Origin: Microbotryum violaceum
Lineage: Eukaryota
Assembly (NCBI GenBank): GCA_001244265.2
Contig: CDLV01000005.1
Location: 1,178,001 to 1,242,000 of the forward strand
DNA length: 64,000 nt
Reading direction: 5' to 3'
A model generated the notes under the pieces. That model was not told the DNA's origin. It worked only from the letters and a program-made list of their open reading frames with translations, and did not search any database. The translations under genes were made by a program, and so were the position numbers. The first letter of the stretch is position 1. Each line of letters opens with the position of its first letter. This document shows, one piece after another, positions 11,754 to 24,412 of the stretch.

Positions 11754-14700
11754 TCAACCCGTCGGATGGTTCGTCTGCGAAAAAGTGGCCCTCGTCGGCG
11801 TCTGTTGACTCATCATCGTATGATCCGGATCCTTGATGAAACCGTGGCTCAGGAGTTCGAGAGCGGAGGGCCGGGCTTCGTGGTCTATTTCAAAGGTTTG
11901 TTCGAGGAAGTCGTCGGCGTCGTTGGAGATGTCGTCTGGGATCGTGGGGCGGACGCTCGAGCCGATCTGAGTGGGTTCGATCATTAAATTGCTGTCAGCT
12001 CACAAAACCAGCGTCCGGGAAAGACCGGGATAGAAATACTCACTCGGAAAATGGCTTGCATCTGCGTCAAATTGGCCCATGGTGGAGCCCCAGTCAACAT
12101 CTCGACAACCAGACAACCAAGCGACCAAATGTCGGCTTTGGACGTGTACGACGTCTGCTTGACGACTTCGGGCGCCATCCAATACACCGAACCTTGCAAC
12201 GAGGGACGGTGCACTTTGGCTCCGGAAAGCAAGTCTATAGCCCCATCTTACTTCGTCAGTGCTCTCGTTCCACCTGTGTAAAAAACTGATGAACGTGCAG
12301 GCGAACGTACTGTCTTCCACCTTTTTCGAGATCCCGAAATCGGAGATCTTGATCCCACCCTTGTTGTCGACCAAGATATTCGCACCCTTGATATCGCGAT
12401 GGATGATCTCCCGATCATGGAGGTACTCCAAACCCGTGAGGATCTGTCGAACGAACTTGGACACAAGCGCTTCTTCGAAGGCGCCATAGTTGGATAGGAG
12501 CGCGGCGACGGATCCGCCGGGGACGTATTCCAGGAAAATGTTGAGGTGGGTCGAGTCCGTCGACGAGTCAAAGTACTGCACGATGTCTACGCATCCGAAA
12601 GAAAAGGGTAAATGAATATATCTGAGACTCGAGCAGACTCAGAGTACTCACTCTCATGCCTAAGATCCTTCAGCAGCTCGATCTCGCGCTCCAAAGCTTC
12701 CAACATCGACTTTTTCCGTTCCTCGTTGTGTGAGTTGCCGGTCGGCAATTCAACCTGTTTGACGGCCATGAGCAACCCGGACATGGGATTCATACCCAAG
12801 AAGACGGATCCGAATGATCCGGCACCGATTAAAGCGCCCTTGATCCACTTGATCGCTGGTTTGCCTGTGAGTTTCCCGGCCAGCATCAGCGACTCTACCT
12901 AGCTAGAAAAGAGATGCGACGCAGAAACTCACTCGATACATCATCAGCCTTGTCAGCCTCTTCATCTTCCTCCTCGTCCTCCTCCAGGTCATCATCTTCG
13001 TCTTCGTCGTAATCTTCCTCCTCAACCTCCTCCTCCATCGACAAGGCAATACTCGGCGGCCTCAACCCAGCATTCACGCTCCCCTCCCCGCCGGCATCAC
13101 TCTCATCCGACTGGGATTCCGCATAACTTAACATGCTCGCCCTCCTCGTCTCCAGCTCGGCCGTCACATCATCGACCGTCAACATGCTCGCCGCATCCGA
13201 ATCGGCGCGCGACTTGCGTCGCTCGTACAACGACAACTTGGAACTGGCGACGCTCAACCGACTTCCTCTTCGATCGAGTGGCGGCGGTCTCGGATGCGCC
13301 GTCTTGCCCTCGTCCTCGTTCGACAGACCCGTCTCTGCGCTCTCCGCCATCGGTTCAAGCAACGAAACGACCGATCGAGCCGAATCGTCGGACGTCGTCC
13401 TCGATCCGGCTCCCGAAGCGGCCACCTCACCTGCCCCCACCTCAACCGTTGTTGCATTCGCCCCACTATTGCCGGACGAACTCGAATGTCTCGACGCCAA
13501 GCTTGCACGATCGTTCGGTGTCCTTTCCCAACTCGTCGAACCAGGTATAGGAGGCACAGGCCCACCATTCCCAAAGCCACCGGCGGTATGACCGAACGAA
13601 GCGGCCGAGTCGCGCCGGACCATTGATTTGCGCATCGATTGGCGTACCTGCTTCGAGAGAAGTTTGTTCTTCTCCGCTTTGGGGAAGTATTCGGTCAAAT
13701 GCGTAGCGATCAACTCGCTTGGGGGACGTTGGCCAAAGAAACTGCGCAGTCGACGTCCCGAATTGAGCAGACCACTCGAAGCGGAAGGTGAAGTGCGCAC
13801 CGTGTCGCGCGATGAGGGTGAGTCGGGATCGGCGCCTCCGAGACCGGACATGACAGAAACAACCGAAGCGCGATTCGTCATTCGCTTGTTGCTGTTATTG
13901 CCTAGTGAGAGCGAGTTGGGCAGTGTCGAATGGGAATCGGCTCGCTCCTCGGGGGAGAAGGGAGAAACAACAGAGGAAGGCGAGGCCGGTTCGACCGAAG
14001 TCCATGGAATTTCGGATGTCAAGTGACCCGGTGAGGTCGGAGAAGCGGCGACGCCTCCAGGTCGATTCGAGTCGGGTGTGTTGGCTTCCCCAAAGACCCA
14101 TCGTAGCTTGCGTCCTCGTTTACCTCGTGCCGACTGGTCGAGTTCGGCTTGTCGCACGCTGCGAACCCCCAAACCTCGCTGTCGCTCCGGCGCATTGGCT
14201 TCTTGACAGATTCGCAGAAGCTCGGACTCGTTCAACAGGCGGGCTGGCATTCAATACATGCATCCGTCAGTATAATAATATGAAGTCAGCACAAAACCCC
14301 AAATTGCACTCACACGACCCATCAGCCGCCAGTGCATAGACCTCCCAATCATCAAGCTCATCGACATCAAGCTGAGGTGACCCCAGATGGGCCGCCGTGA
14401 CAACAGGCATGAACTTCTTGACGACCCTCGTCATCACCTCTCGACCATCTCGACAATCCGAAACAGCGATCATCTTGCTCACGCCATCGTCACCGATAAA
14501 CTTGACGGCCTTGCGCATGACGGCGTTGAGGCTCGAAGTGCTCGTCGAGGCTGGGATACTGGGCGCGGATCCTGGTCGGGCGGTGAGCGAGGCGGATCGG
14601 GAGAGATTCGAGACGGTCGGGTTGTCGAACGCAGTAGGTGAAGAGGTACCCATCTGCGCACCGCCAATGACCAGAGAGGGTAACAACTTGGGCGTCGTCG

Positions 14701-15967
14701 AAGGGGCCGGACTTCCTCGACCGTATGTCGCGATGCTGAATCCTTCCTGCGTCGGCGAATTACCATGCGGAGGAGGCCGTGGTGGTACGGACGTTGACGA
14801 AGATTTACGGTGTTGGGGAGAGATGAGGGGTTGCGCGAGCTGTGCGGATCGTGGTCCTGCCGAGGTCGGGGGCCCCGTGCGCAGGTGGTAGTTTGAGGTC
14901 GAGGCGCCACCACTCGAACCGGTCAGAGTTGAGCTGGGGCGAGATGGGCTTGCGGCAGTGGTCGAGATGCTCGGTGTGCGACCAAGATGGTTCAGCGACG
15001 AGGCCGAGGTTGGAGGAGATGTGCCCGATCGATGTTGGCCAGGCGAGGCGGCCCTTGCTGCGGCCAGCGAGTGTGGGGGTGCGCCCAACGGTTTTGAGGC
15101 CAATGAGCTGGATCGTCCCAGAGTCACGGTCGAGGCGGAATTGGAGTTCGGAACCGAAGCTTGCCACGCTTGAGGTACGTCCGAGTTGGAGAGGGAAGGG
15201 ACCGTGTTGGAGTTGGCGAGGTGCAAGGGAGGCGGTATCCTGCCCGAGATACGACCGCTGCCGACCTTGCGACTGGCGAGCAGCCCTCCGTTCGGCGGTG
15301 ATATGATGGGACCGGTCCGAGTCGGTGACGGAAGCGAGTGATGTTGCTGTTGCTGCAGTTGCTGGGCCCTGACGCTCGCTCGCTCGTTGAAAGCCTGTGT
15401 GACGCAGCGCTGGCGGAGGTTCTTGATGGCGACGACGATCTTTACGCGGTCGCCGACGCTGCGCAGGCCCATCTCCTTGAGCGCGGTCTGATCGACGTCG
15501 AGCAGGACCGTGCCTCGAATGTCGTTCTGGCGGAACAAGGGTTCGTACTGGGGTACGCGTATCTCGTTTAACCAGCGCGCGATGTCGTCGTCATCCCAGC
15601 TGTGGATCAGCTCGAGGTAGTTGCGGCCCGGGGTGAGTGGGTCGTAGCCGTCGATCATGGTGGGGAGTGAGTCGGATCGGGTGGCCGAGTGGGGTGCGGT
15701 GCTGCCATTGCGCATGTTACTATTGGCGAGACTGGTGCTGCTTGTGCTAGCAGAAGCGGGTACAGCCGATGGTCTCTGCTGCAGCTGCTGGCCACCCGTC
15801 GCCGTGGTCGAAGTCGAACTCGAGCTGGAACCCAAAGTGGGGGGCGCAAAGGTCGGAGTCGCCGGATTCGACTTGGGCAAGTTGTGCAGGCTGTGCGGGT
15901 GGTTCATCGCACTGCCTATGCCTGGGGTGTTGCCATTGGTATGGTTCGAGCTTGAAGCAGCGAGCAT
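11754..15967 (-). CDS. STE11: MAP kinase kinase kinase Ste11 (SAM, Ras-association and kinase domains)
   Basis: SAM domain '[55 protein letters not shown]', RA-like '[18 protein letters not shown]', the Ste11 motif '[11 protein letters not shown]', and kinase motifs '[18 protein letters not shown]', '[12 protein letters not shown]', 'DFG' and '[15 protein letters not shown]'. The ORF-track start at 15973 is a GTG; the first ATG is 15967. Confidence 0.96.
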
Positions 15968-16584
15968 GGCCACCGTGTGCTACTCCACCTAGTTGCAGGC
16001 CCACCGCGCGCTGCAGGCTGCCGCACGCGAGCGTCGTCGCGTGGCCTCGACCGGGACAAGTTGACTTGGCGTTGTTCTGGCGGGCTGGCGGGCTATTAGC
16101 TAGTGCCTGCTTTGTGGCCCGCAGCTGGCCAGGAATGGTCGGAGGTAGGACCCACACTGAGGTCAATGGCGAGGTGGATCCTGGTGTCTCTTTTAGAGTG
16201 AGTATAGAGATGGGACGACAACAAAGTCCCGATTGGGGATGCAGAGGGGGAGAGAGAGCTTGCGCACCTCCTGAACACGGGAGTGGACGATGAGCGGGTG
16301 AGAGGGTGAGAGTCGGACGGCCGACTTCCTAATTCGAAATCGGGCTCAATGAAATACGCGGAATTACAACGCGCGCGTCACGCCTCGTCATGGGACCGCC
16401 GTGGAACTACCACGGACCCCCACTGCTGCGCTTCCATTCCCTACGCCCATCCACCCGCCTCTCTTTTGGCGCCCGTCATCGATCATCTCCATCACCGCGG
16501 GTCAAGAGAGCATCCCTCTCGCCATCGTCTGAGCAAGGAGAGAGAAGGTGCAGCAAGGACTCGTCCAGTCACCCGCCTCGCAAC

Positions 16585-19533
16585 ATGACGACGGGGTTGA
16601 TGCAGCTGAGCCGACTGCAATTGTACGGGCTCGGCTCGACCGTCGTCTTCTGCTACACCGTCATCAACGCCTTTCGACAGCGCAGCAATTTTTATGCCGC
16701 AGCCGTATACCTAAGTCATTCGAATGCGTGTGTCATGGTACGTCCTACCCCTTGCCCTGTGCCTCCACGCCCCTATGACGTGGTATCCCCGAACGAGCCA
16801 AGAACGAACGATGTGGAGCGCTGACCCCCACTGACTCGGTCTGTACTCGTGGCACTCCCTCATCGCGCCCCGCTCTGCAATCACACACGCACACACACAG
16901 ATCCTATGGAATCAGGCCATTTACCAATTCGTACTCTTTGGCAAACTGATGCAAAAGATATTCTTTGGACCACTGCGCCTCATCGAAGTTGAGGTATGCC
17001 CTCGTCATTCAGGCTCTGATGCATCCTGACTGGATCTGACCTACTCGCCCAAACCCACTCAGAGGTTGCAAGAACGCGCATGGTTCGCCATCACCGAGAC
17101 CCTGTTGGCTCTGACCATCTTCAAGGACGAATTTGAGTCGAGCTTTCTGCTGCTCTTTGTCTCGCTCCTCTTCCTCAAGGTTTTTCACTGGCTCTCGAGC
17201 GATCGTGTCGAGATGGTAAGTCATCAGACATATATATTGTCGAGTATCCTATCATGCGCACCGCTGACTCTTCTTCGGCGTCTTCTCGCGCACAGATGGA
17301 ACAGTCGGCCCAAGTCTCTCGTCTCGCCCATCTCAGGATGATCTCGGTCCTCGCCCTTCTCTGGGTTGCCGACGTCGTCTTGCTCATCTTCTCCGTCGAG
17401 TGCATCCTCATCGAAGGACCGACTGTCATGATCATGTTTGCCTCCGAGGTAGATCCTTCTATGCAAGCGATCTTTCGGCCCCAAGTCCAGAGGAACTGAC
17501 TTCTCGTTCGCCCTGCAGTACATGATCCTAATCGCCAACGTCTGGACGGTGACGATGAAGTACATCCTCAACTGCATCGACCTCCGCTCTCAGGTTCCGT
17601 GGGAGGAAAAGTCCATCTACGGGCTCTACGTCGATCTCACCGCTGGTCCGTCACAGGCTCTTCAACGTGCTTCCCATTGCCACCTCGACTGACCTCCCAT
17701 ACATCCCCCCCCCCCCGGACTTACCAACGCAGACTTCTTCAAGCTGCTTACGTACCTGACCTTCTTCTCGCTTATCCTCACCTTCTACGGCCTCCCGCTC
17801 AACATCCTCCGCGACGTCTACATGACCCTTCGTTCCTTCGTGCTCAAGATTCGCGACCTCCGCCGGTACCGCCAAGCGACTTCCAACATGGACACCTTGT
17901 ACCCTAACGCGACGCTCGAAGAGATGGAGGCCATATCGGACAAGACGTGCATCATCTGCCGCGAGGATATGGAGTTCCGGGGACCGACGGCCGCACCGAC
18001 GGATGGAGCGGCCGTGCCTGTTGGACCTGTTCCTACACCGGCGCAGCGCCAGGGTCCGAATGATACACCTAAAAAGTTGCCGTGTGGGCATGTTCTCCAT
18101 TTCCATTGTTTGAGGAGTTGGTTGGAGCGACAGCAGAGTTGTCCGACTTGGTAAGTCACCGCTGCTTAGTTCAATCGTTCTAGAGATCCCCGCTGACCCC
18201 GAATCGATGCCTTCACATCACGAACAGCCGTCGGACGGTCTTAACCCCAGCCGAGCCAAGAAACGGAGGCAACAACGCCGGCCGAAGGGCCAACGGAGGG
18301 GGAAGAGGGCCACCCCCACCACCTCCTGGTCCCGCCGCTGCGCCCGCACCGAACGGCGAAGAAGCAATCCGACAAGCGCAGATCAACTTCGCTCGGACTT
18401 TGGGACCGGAAGCGTTCGCGGTCGTGTTCCCCGATGTTCCGTTCCCACTTGAAGCGTTGCCAGCACCTAGGACGGCGCCTCAGCTTGCGGTGTCGGGTAC
18501 CTCGGCGGCGGCTGGTTCGAGTCGGAGTGTTGCTGGTGGAACATCAGCAGCACCGACGTCGACCACAGGGGAACCTCGGTCGACCCTCCTTACTCCACCA
18601 GGGCGCGTGGGGACAACGCCGCCCACGTCCCCCGATCTGTCGAACGGTAACCCCTTGTCTCGATTCGATTCCGGACTCGGTTCAGCGTCTGGCGGACCAC
18701 CTGGGATTTTTGCTCAAGCGCCCTTGTCAAACTTGCCATCTTTCGAGCTCGGAGGCGCCGGTGCGGGAGCTGGACTCTATTCGGGCCTCGGGATCGGTGG
18801 TTCGTTGCCTGTTCGAGGAGCCGGTGCTCCATCGACTTTGGAAGCGAGGTTGCAGTACATCCGGAGAAAGATACGGGAGGGGTCGGAACCTGCTGCACCT
18901 ATCGCTAGCATCTCGGCCGAGGGACCGGGTTCCCCCGCCGACGCTGTGCAGGGCGGCGAGGCAGAGCAGGCCAGAACGCAGGAGAAGAAGGAGATGACGG
19001 CGAGGGAAGCGGCTTTGGCCGCGGCGGAGAGAAGAGCTGCACGCGCTGGGAAGGACACCAAGACGACCGAAGCGAAGCCAGTCGTCGTCGGGGACGAAAT
19101 ATCGGCGAACGCCGAGACGGTATCGAGTTCGACTCTGTCGTCTTCGCCTCCGATCGCGTCGACAACAGGTTCGAACCACGATCATCCTCGTTTGATTCCC
19201 TTGTTCGACACGATCGCACCTTCCACGACACCCTTCTCGTCCTCTTACCCTCGTCTGTCCTCATCCGACGGCTCCTTTCTGCCCGATGCACCTACGACCG
19301 AACAATTGACCGAATTGTCTCACTTGACTCGAGGTACGATCGAAACTCGACTCAAGCTCTTGCTTCGATGGCAGGGCAAGATTGAAGGATTGGTCGAGGA
19401 GATGAAGGCTGTACTGGAAGTTGTTCCTCCTTCGTCCGGCTCAACGGAGACTGTCGGCCAAGGGGAGGTGAGGAAGAAGGATAAAGGCAAGCAACCGACA
19501 GAAGGGATTCACGCGCCAGTGGCGGAGGCTTGA
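16585..19533 (+). CDS. HRD1: ERAD E3 ubiquitin ligase Hrd1/synoviolin
   Basis: N-terminal 'NAFRQRSNFYAAAVYLS', 'FFGPLRLIEVE' and 'ERAWFAITETLLALTIFKDEF'; RING-H2 'CIICREDM...PKKLPCGHVLHFHCLRSWLERQQSCPT'; low-complexity C-terminus. Confidence 0.95.
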
Positions 19534-19934
19534 TGGGGAAAAGGACGGAGTAAACTTGTCGATCATTGCTTTGAGTGTACGGAAAGTCGTTTGCACATAG
19601 CTTCTGGGTTTTTTTATATGTTTGGATCGTCCACTGCACTTGCAACTTAGACACACACGCCTCACATTTGGGTTCCAGCACGGCTACGCGCTGGGACGAG
19701 AGACGAGACGTGAGGCAATCAACAGCGCGCCGGAATTAGGACCTCTTTGGCTTAAGATGCTCTCCGCTCGAGGTTGACCCTCTCAATCAACGTTGGGCCC
19801 TGATACACCGAGTGATCCGACACAGCTCCAAGGGTCTTTCTCCCGAATAGTAGACGTCGTCGGTCCTCAAAGCGTAGTGGGGGCAACCGCAGCTGACCGC
19901 AGCCGCCGTCGGAAGGACCCTTCGCCACATCGTC

Positions 19935-21049
19935 ATGAGCCCGATCACCGCCGCGTCGGCATCGGACGAGTCGGACCAGGGTGCTCTGCCCGAACATGCT
20001 TACTACTGCTTCGACGTGATTGATAGCAAACTCAATTCAACATCCCTCCCTGCACCGGAGTTTGATGGCAAGTTGCAATAGTCAGTCCCCTTCCCCTTGG
20101 AGATCCACATCAAGCCGCTCAGGCCGCGTGTGGGGGAGCGTGGAGGGAGCTGATTCCCACCTTGTTCAAGCGCCTACACAGCCCCTTGTTCGTGACGTGG
20201 AACATCAAGTCTCGCTCGAGTGATACGACTCGACTTCGAGGATGTATTGGCAACTTTGAGCCGATGAAGATCGGGACTGGGCTGAGGGATTACGCTGCGA
20301 TTAGGTCCGTTATCCGTCGGGTTTCGGCTGCTGACTCGGTCAAACGGGAACTGAGCTCGCTGGCTGCTTGGGCGGGTTCACCTTCGCAGTGCTTTTGAAG
20401 ATCATCGGTTCGATCCAATCACGGCGAAAGAAGTGCCTCGACTTGAATGCGGGTCAGTCTCGGTGTTTTCGATCTTCGCTCCGAGTTGAGCTGAGCTTTG
20501 TTCTCGAGCAGAGTTTCCTTTTTAACCGACTTTGAGCTGTGCGACAACTACCTCGACTGGACGATCGGGACGCATGGCATCTACATCCAATTACCCAACC
20601 CCTCCGTCTTCAAACCCAAGCCTTATATCCCCCCTTCACCCCTCAGTTCGACACCCTCCAGTACGGCCACCTCTTCGGCCTCTTCCCTCTCGCTCGATTC
20701 GAGATCCAGTTCCGCTTCCACTACTGCTTCATCCGTACCTTCACCCTCATCATCATCGACCAAAACGCCGCCCATTCGACCGACCTATCGATCCATCTCC
20801 CAACTCCCACCCATGCAGCTCGATAAAGCACCCAGGAGCTCATCACGTGCAGTACTTTCAGCGACTTACCTCCCCGATGTCGCGAGCGAACAAGGCTGGA
20901 CCCAACTCGAGGCGATCGATTCCGTCATTCGTAAGAGTGGCTACTCAGGACGTATCACGCAGGATATTAGAGATAGTTTGAGGTTGACGAGGTATCAGAG
21001 TAAGAAGGTCCACGTCACGTGGAAAGAGTGGAAGGCTGCGAGAGGATGA
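19935..21049 (+). CDS. AMMECR1-domain protein
   Basis: 'HAYYCFDVI', 'PLFVTWN...RLRGCIGNF', 'YAAISAFEDHRFDPI', 'DWTIGTHGIYI', 'SATYLPDVASEQGW' and 'LRLTRYQSKK' are AMMECR1 hallmarks. Confidence 0.92.
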
Positions 21050-21272
21050 GGTGTGGTGGTTAGGGCTGCTCTTGGTTTCGGTGTAGACCTTTGTTTCGTT
21101 AGACAGTCCTTTTGGTCAGGTTCGTTCTGCAACTTTTGTGTAACGATGTGTCCTGACACTTCGTTCCGTCTGTGACAAAGGCCCTCGGGCCGATGAGGCC
21201 CTACGAGGCTAACTAAAAAGGTGCAAGCCCTTGTCGATCACTTCCCCCGTGAAAACATGGCCCGTGCGCGAT

Positions 21273-21548
21273 AGGACCCATGAAAGCCCAGCCTGAGGCG
21301 CGTAGGTAAAATCCGCCAAAATCCCAGATTTTGGACTTCATTTGTCCACCCTTTTTTGGTGTATTCGCCCAAAAATGTCCTTAAAATGTTCTTAAAATGT
21401 CCAGTCCATCTACCCTCGTCCACAATAGCTCTAGAATTGCTTCAGATGTGCTCTACAACATCACCAAAAATCGTGATTTTGGCTTTTCTAGGGCCAAAAT
21501 TTGTCCACTCTTTACCTACGCGCCTCAGGTTGGGCTTTCGGGGGTCCT
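21273..21548. mobile_element. Non-autonomous TIR DNA transposon (MITE), copy 1, 276 bp
   Basis: 38-bp terminal inverted repeats AGGACCCATGAAAGCCCAGCCTGAGGCGCGTAGGTAAA (3 mismatches between ends). Exact 8-bp TSD TGCGCGAT at 21265-21272 and 21549-21556. The internal sequence is near-identical to the reverse complement of 46216-46478. Confidence 0.93.
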
Positions 21549-21876
21549 TGCGCGATTTGGCGAGTCTAAGGCCAGAGGTCTCGAGAATGGCGTGCTCGAG
21601 GACTCAATCCGGATCGCTGAGCCCAGTTCGCGTCGCTTCCCATTGCCTCCGCTCACGTCATCACCACACCTTCCACCTTCCAAAACCACCTTGCCAACCC
21701 CCCATCAACCAACAACGTAAGTAACCACAGCACCGTAATACTGTCGATCTTGATTCTTCGACCGTCCTGTATTGCATCTTACCCGAGGTAGTAGCTGACC
21801 TTCGGTGCTTCCTTGCCTCGATCGTCGATTTTTGTGACTCCGCATTTCACCTGGTCTAGCTCTCCCTCTTTCAAAA

Positions 21877-23107
21877 ATGGCTGCCCCTCAAAAGCAAGGA
21901 CTTCGTCTTGGTTACACCGCGCCCGACTTTAAGGCTGACACCACCCAGGTTAGTTGACATGACTTTGTACTCTCATTCTGGGTCATCGAGTACGCTCGGA
22001 GCTTCGGGCGAGAGAGTTCCTGAAGCGAGCGTGCGAACCGCCACGCTCTTACACTCGAGTTGACTGATGTGACATTGCTTCCCCCTTTTTCCTTTCCGTT
22101 CCCGTCTTAATTATCTGTATGACCGTTTAGGGCCCTATCTCGTTCCACGAGTACATTGGCGACAGCTGGGCCATCCTCTTCTCTGTGAGTTTGTCCCGGA
22201 ATTCGAAGGGCTCGGCGATTCGTCACGCTCGCGAAAGCCGGCCCCCCGGGAACCCGCGGTGGCTCGAAAAATGCCCTCGACTGACCCAAGATTTCCCTCT
22301 TGCCCTTTGCGCCCGGTCTGAATTGTCGGTTTAGCACCCTGCCGACTTCACCCCGGTCTGTGAGTAGTCCTATCTTGTCTTCAACTGCTGCCTCTGATCT
22401 AAGGCCTCACCTGGACAACTCGACTCTAGGCACGACCGAGCTCGGAGAGGTCGCCAAGCTCGCAGATGAGTTCAAGAAGCGCAACGTGAAGACGATCGGT
22501 CTGTCGTGCAACGAGCTCAAGTCGCACCACGAGTGGATCGCCGACATCAACGAGCTGAGCAACGTCGACCTCAAGTTCCCCATCATCTCGGACCCGACGC
22601 GCGAGATCGCCAAGCTGTACGACATGCTCGACGAGCAGGACCTTACCAACATTGACGAGAAGGGCATCCCCTTCACCGTCCGATCCGTCTACGTCATTGA
22701 CCCCAAGAAGGTGCGTCGGTCGAGCATTTGACCGAAGGGCTTCCTTTCCTGTTGGTCTTTCCCTGATACTCTGTGGTTTTGGTCCAACCCCGGCACAGAC
22801 CATTCGTCTCACCCTTACCTACCCCGTAAGTTGTTTTCAGGTGACTGCTTCAGTCTTTGCGAAATTCCGGCACTGACGGGTCTTCGCTTCGCTCACCCAG
22901 GCCTCGACCGGTCGTCAATTCAACGAGATCCTCCGAGTGATCGACTCGCTCCAACTCGGTGATGCCAACAAGATCACTACCCCTGCCAATTGGCAACCCG
23001 GTGGAAAGGTCATTGTCCATCCTTCGGTTAAGACCGAGGACGCGCACAAGATGTTCCCCAAAGGTGTCGAGGTCGCCAAGCCTTACCTCCGCTTCACCAC
23101 TCTCTAA
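21877..23107 (+). CDS. PRX1: 1-Cys peroxiredoxin (Prx6/PRX1 family)
   Basis: 'LRLGYTAPDFKADTTQ|GPISFHEYIGDSWAILFS|HPADFTPVC(T|GC)TTELG', 'TVRSVYVIDPKK|TIRLTLTYP|ASTGRQFNEILRVIDSLQL' and 'TTPANWQPG...KPYLRFT'. There is also a 5'-UTR intron at about 21717-21859. Confidence 0.96.
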
Positions 23108-23560
23108 CTACAGTGTCATCGAGAGAGACCGAGAGGGCCTCACGGCTGATTCAAATTCTAGTTTAATAGTGAACCGCCGAGATGAGAGATTTTGAGAATC
23201 CAAAACATTATCGAGACGACTGATTCTGGTGAAGTCTCGGGATCCGCTTGCCACGGGTTTTGATTGTTGCCACGCCACATGGGCGCGACTCATTTCATTG
23301 GAATGACGCTAAAATGTGAGTACCGGGTATTAAACGGACCTCAAGCCGAATCATCGGAAAGGAGTCATCCGGCTACTAGGATGCCGTTAATGCGCTTGGG
23401 CCTTCACCCGCTGGGCGGGTGAAACTCGTGACGAAGCGTTTGCCTGATGAGGCTCACTTGCGGTTCGCGGACAAGGTTCAGCTGCACCCACCATCATCGC
23501 GGAGCTCGACACTTCAAGACGGGGACGACACTCGGACACCTCCATTGACCCCATGATCCA

Positions 23561-24319
23561 ATGATCCTCGGTATCGGTGTGGACCTCCTCCACCTCCCCC
23601 GCTTGAGCTCATTAATCAAGAGGAGGGGGGCAGAGCGCTTCGCACGTCGAATCCTCACCCCACTCGAACTCGAGCAATGGCGCAAGATCGACAAAGACGA
23701 GCTCCAACCCCGTGGGGCCGAGCGGTCGAAAGGAGACCTTGGGGCGACCTTTTTAGCCGTCAGGTGAGTGGACACTTCTCCACATCGCAGGTGAACGACA
23801 GGTCTCACTTCATGCGCCAGGAGTGTGGATTCAATGATGTGACCGGCGTGGGCGTATGTGTGGCGAGATCGTGTTCAACCTTGCGACCACGTGGAGCTGG
23901 GTTTCTTAGTCTTCCGCTGTACCCCGGCATCTATGACGTGATCAATCTGACCACAGAGTTGGCGCTGCTCTACTGTTCGGGCTGATGCTGATGCCGAAAG
24001 TCGGGTTTCCCCCCATCTCGGGTCACTTAGATGGGCAGCCAAAGAAGCCACGTACAAGGCCCTCTACTCCTCTCGACGCATCACGTCATGGCAAAGCGTT
24101 CAGGTCGAAAAATTGCTTGGTTCCAGACCTAGCCTAAAACTTCTCGACGGAAAATCGAGCTCGTCGCTGATGTGCGAGGAGGCACTCGCAAATTCTTCAT
24201 CCTACGCCGTGGGCGAGGCGTCGTCGTTGTCGACCCCGCGATTGCACTTGTCCATTTCTCATGACGGGGAATACGTCGTGGCCTATGTCGTGGCCGAGGA
24301 GTGGTCGAGGTCGGGTTGA
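23561..24319 (+). CDS. AcpS-type 4'-phosphopantetheinyl transferase (Ppt2-like holo-ACP synthase)
   Basis: 'MILGIGVDLLHLPRL...FARRILTPLE...FLAVR|WAAKEATYKAL...LHLSISHDGEYVVAYVVAE'. One intron at about 23764-24030. Confidence 0.93.
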
Positions 24320-24412
24320 TGTAAAGTCATTGTTGTAATAATTCACGTGCGTATCCAAGTTCGACTTCCGTGATCTTTCGGTGGGCGGATCTTTCGGTAG
24401 GCAGTGCACCGA

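Noticed and set aside
13133..15992. Many long antisense or alternative-frame ORFs over STE11 (similarly over BEM1, OPY2 and HRD1)
   Set aside because: These are the shadow ORFs expected in GC-rich coding DNA. They show no domains or splice support.
21180..21230. Hammerhead-like 'GATGAGGCC...GGCT' here, and CTGATGA near 23443
   Set aside because: The CUGANGA and GAAA core elements and the three required stems cannot be assembled at either site.
21238..21724. ORFs 21238-21423 and 21356-21724 (and 46014-46686) sharing 'LPTRLRLGF' peptides
   Set aside because: These are translations through the MITE TIRs, not genes. They contain no transposase motifs.
23105..23148. PRX1 stop followed by CTA (TAA CTA), suggesting readthrough to a cryptic peroxisomal signal
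   Set aside because: The stop is TAA rather than the leaky TGA CTA, and the extension (LQCHRERPRGPHG*) has no PTS1-like end.
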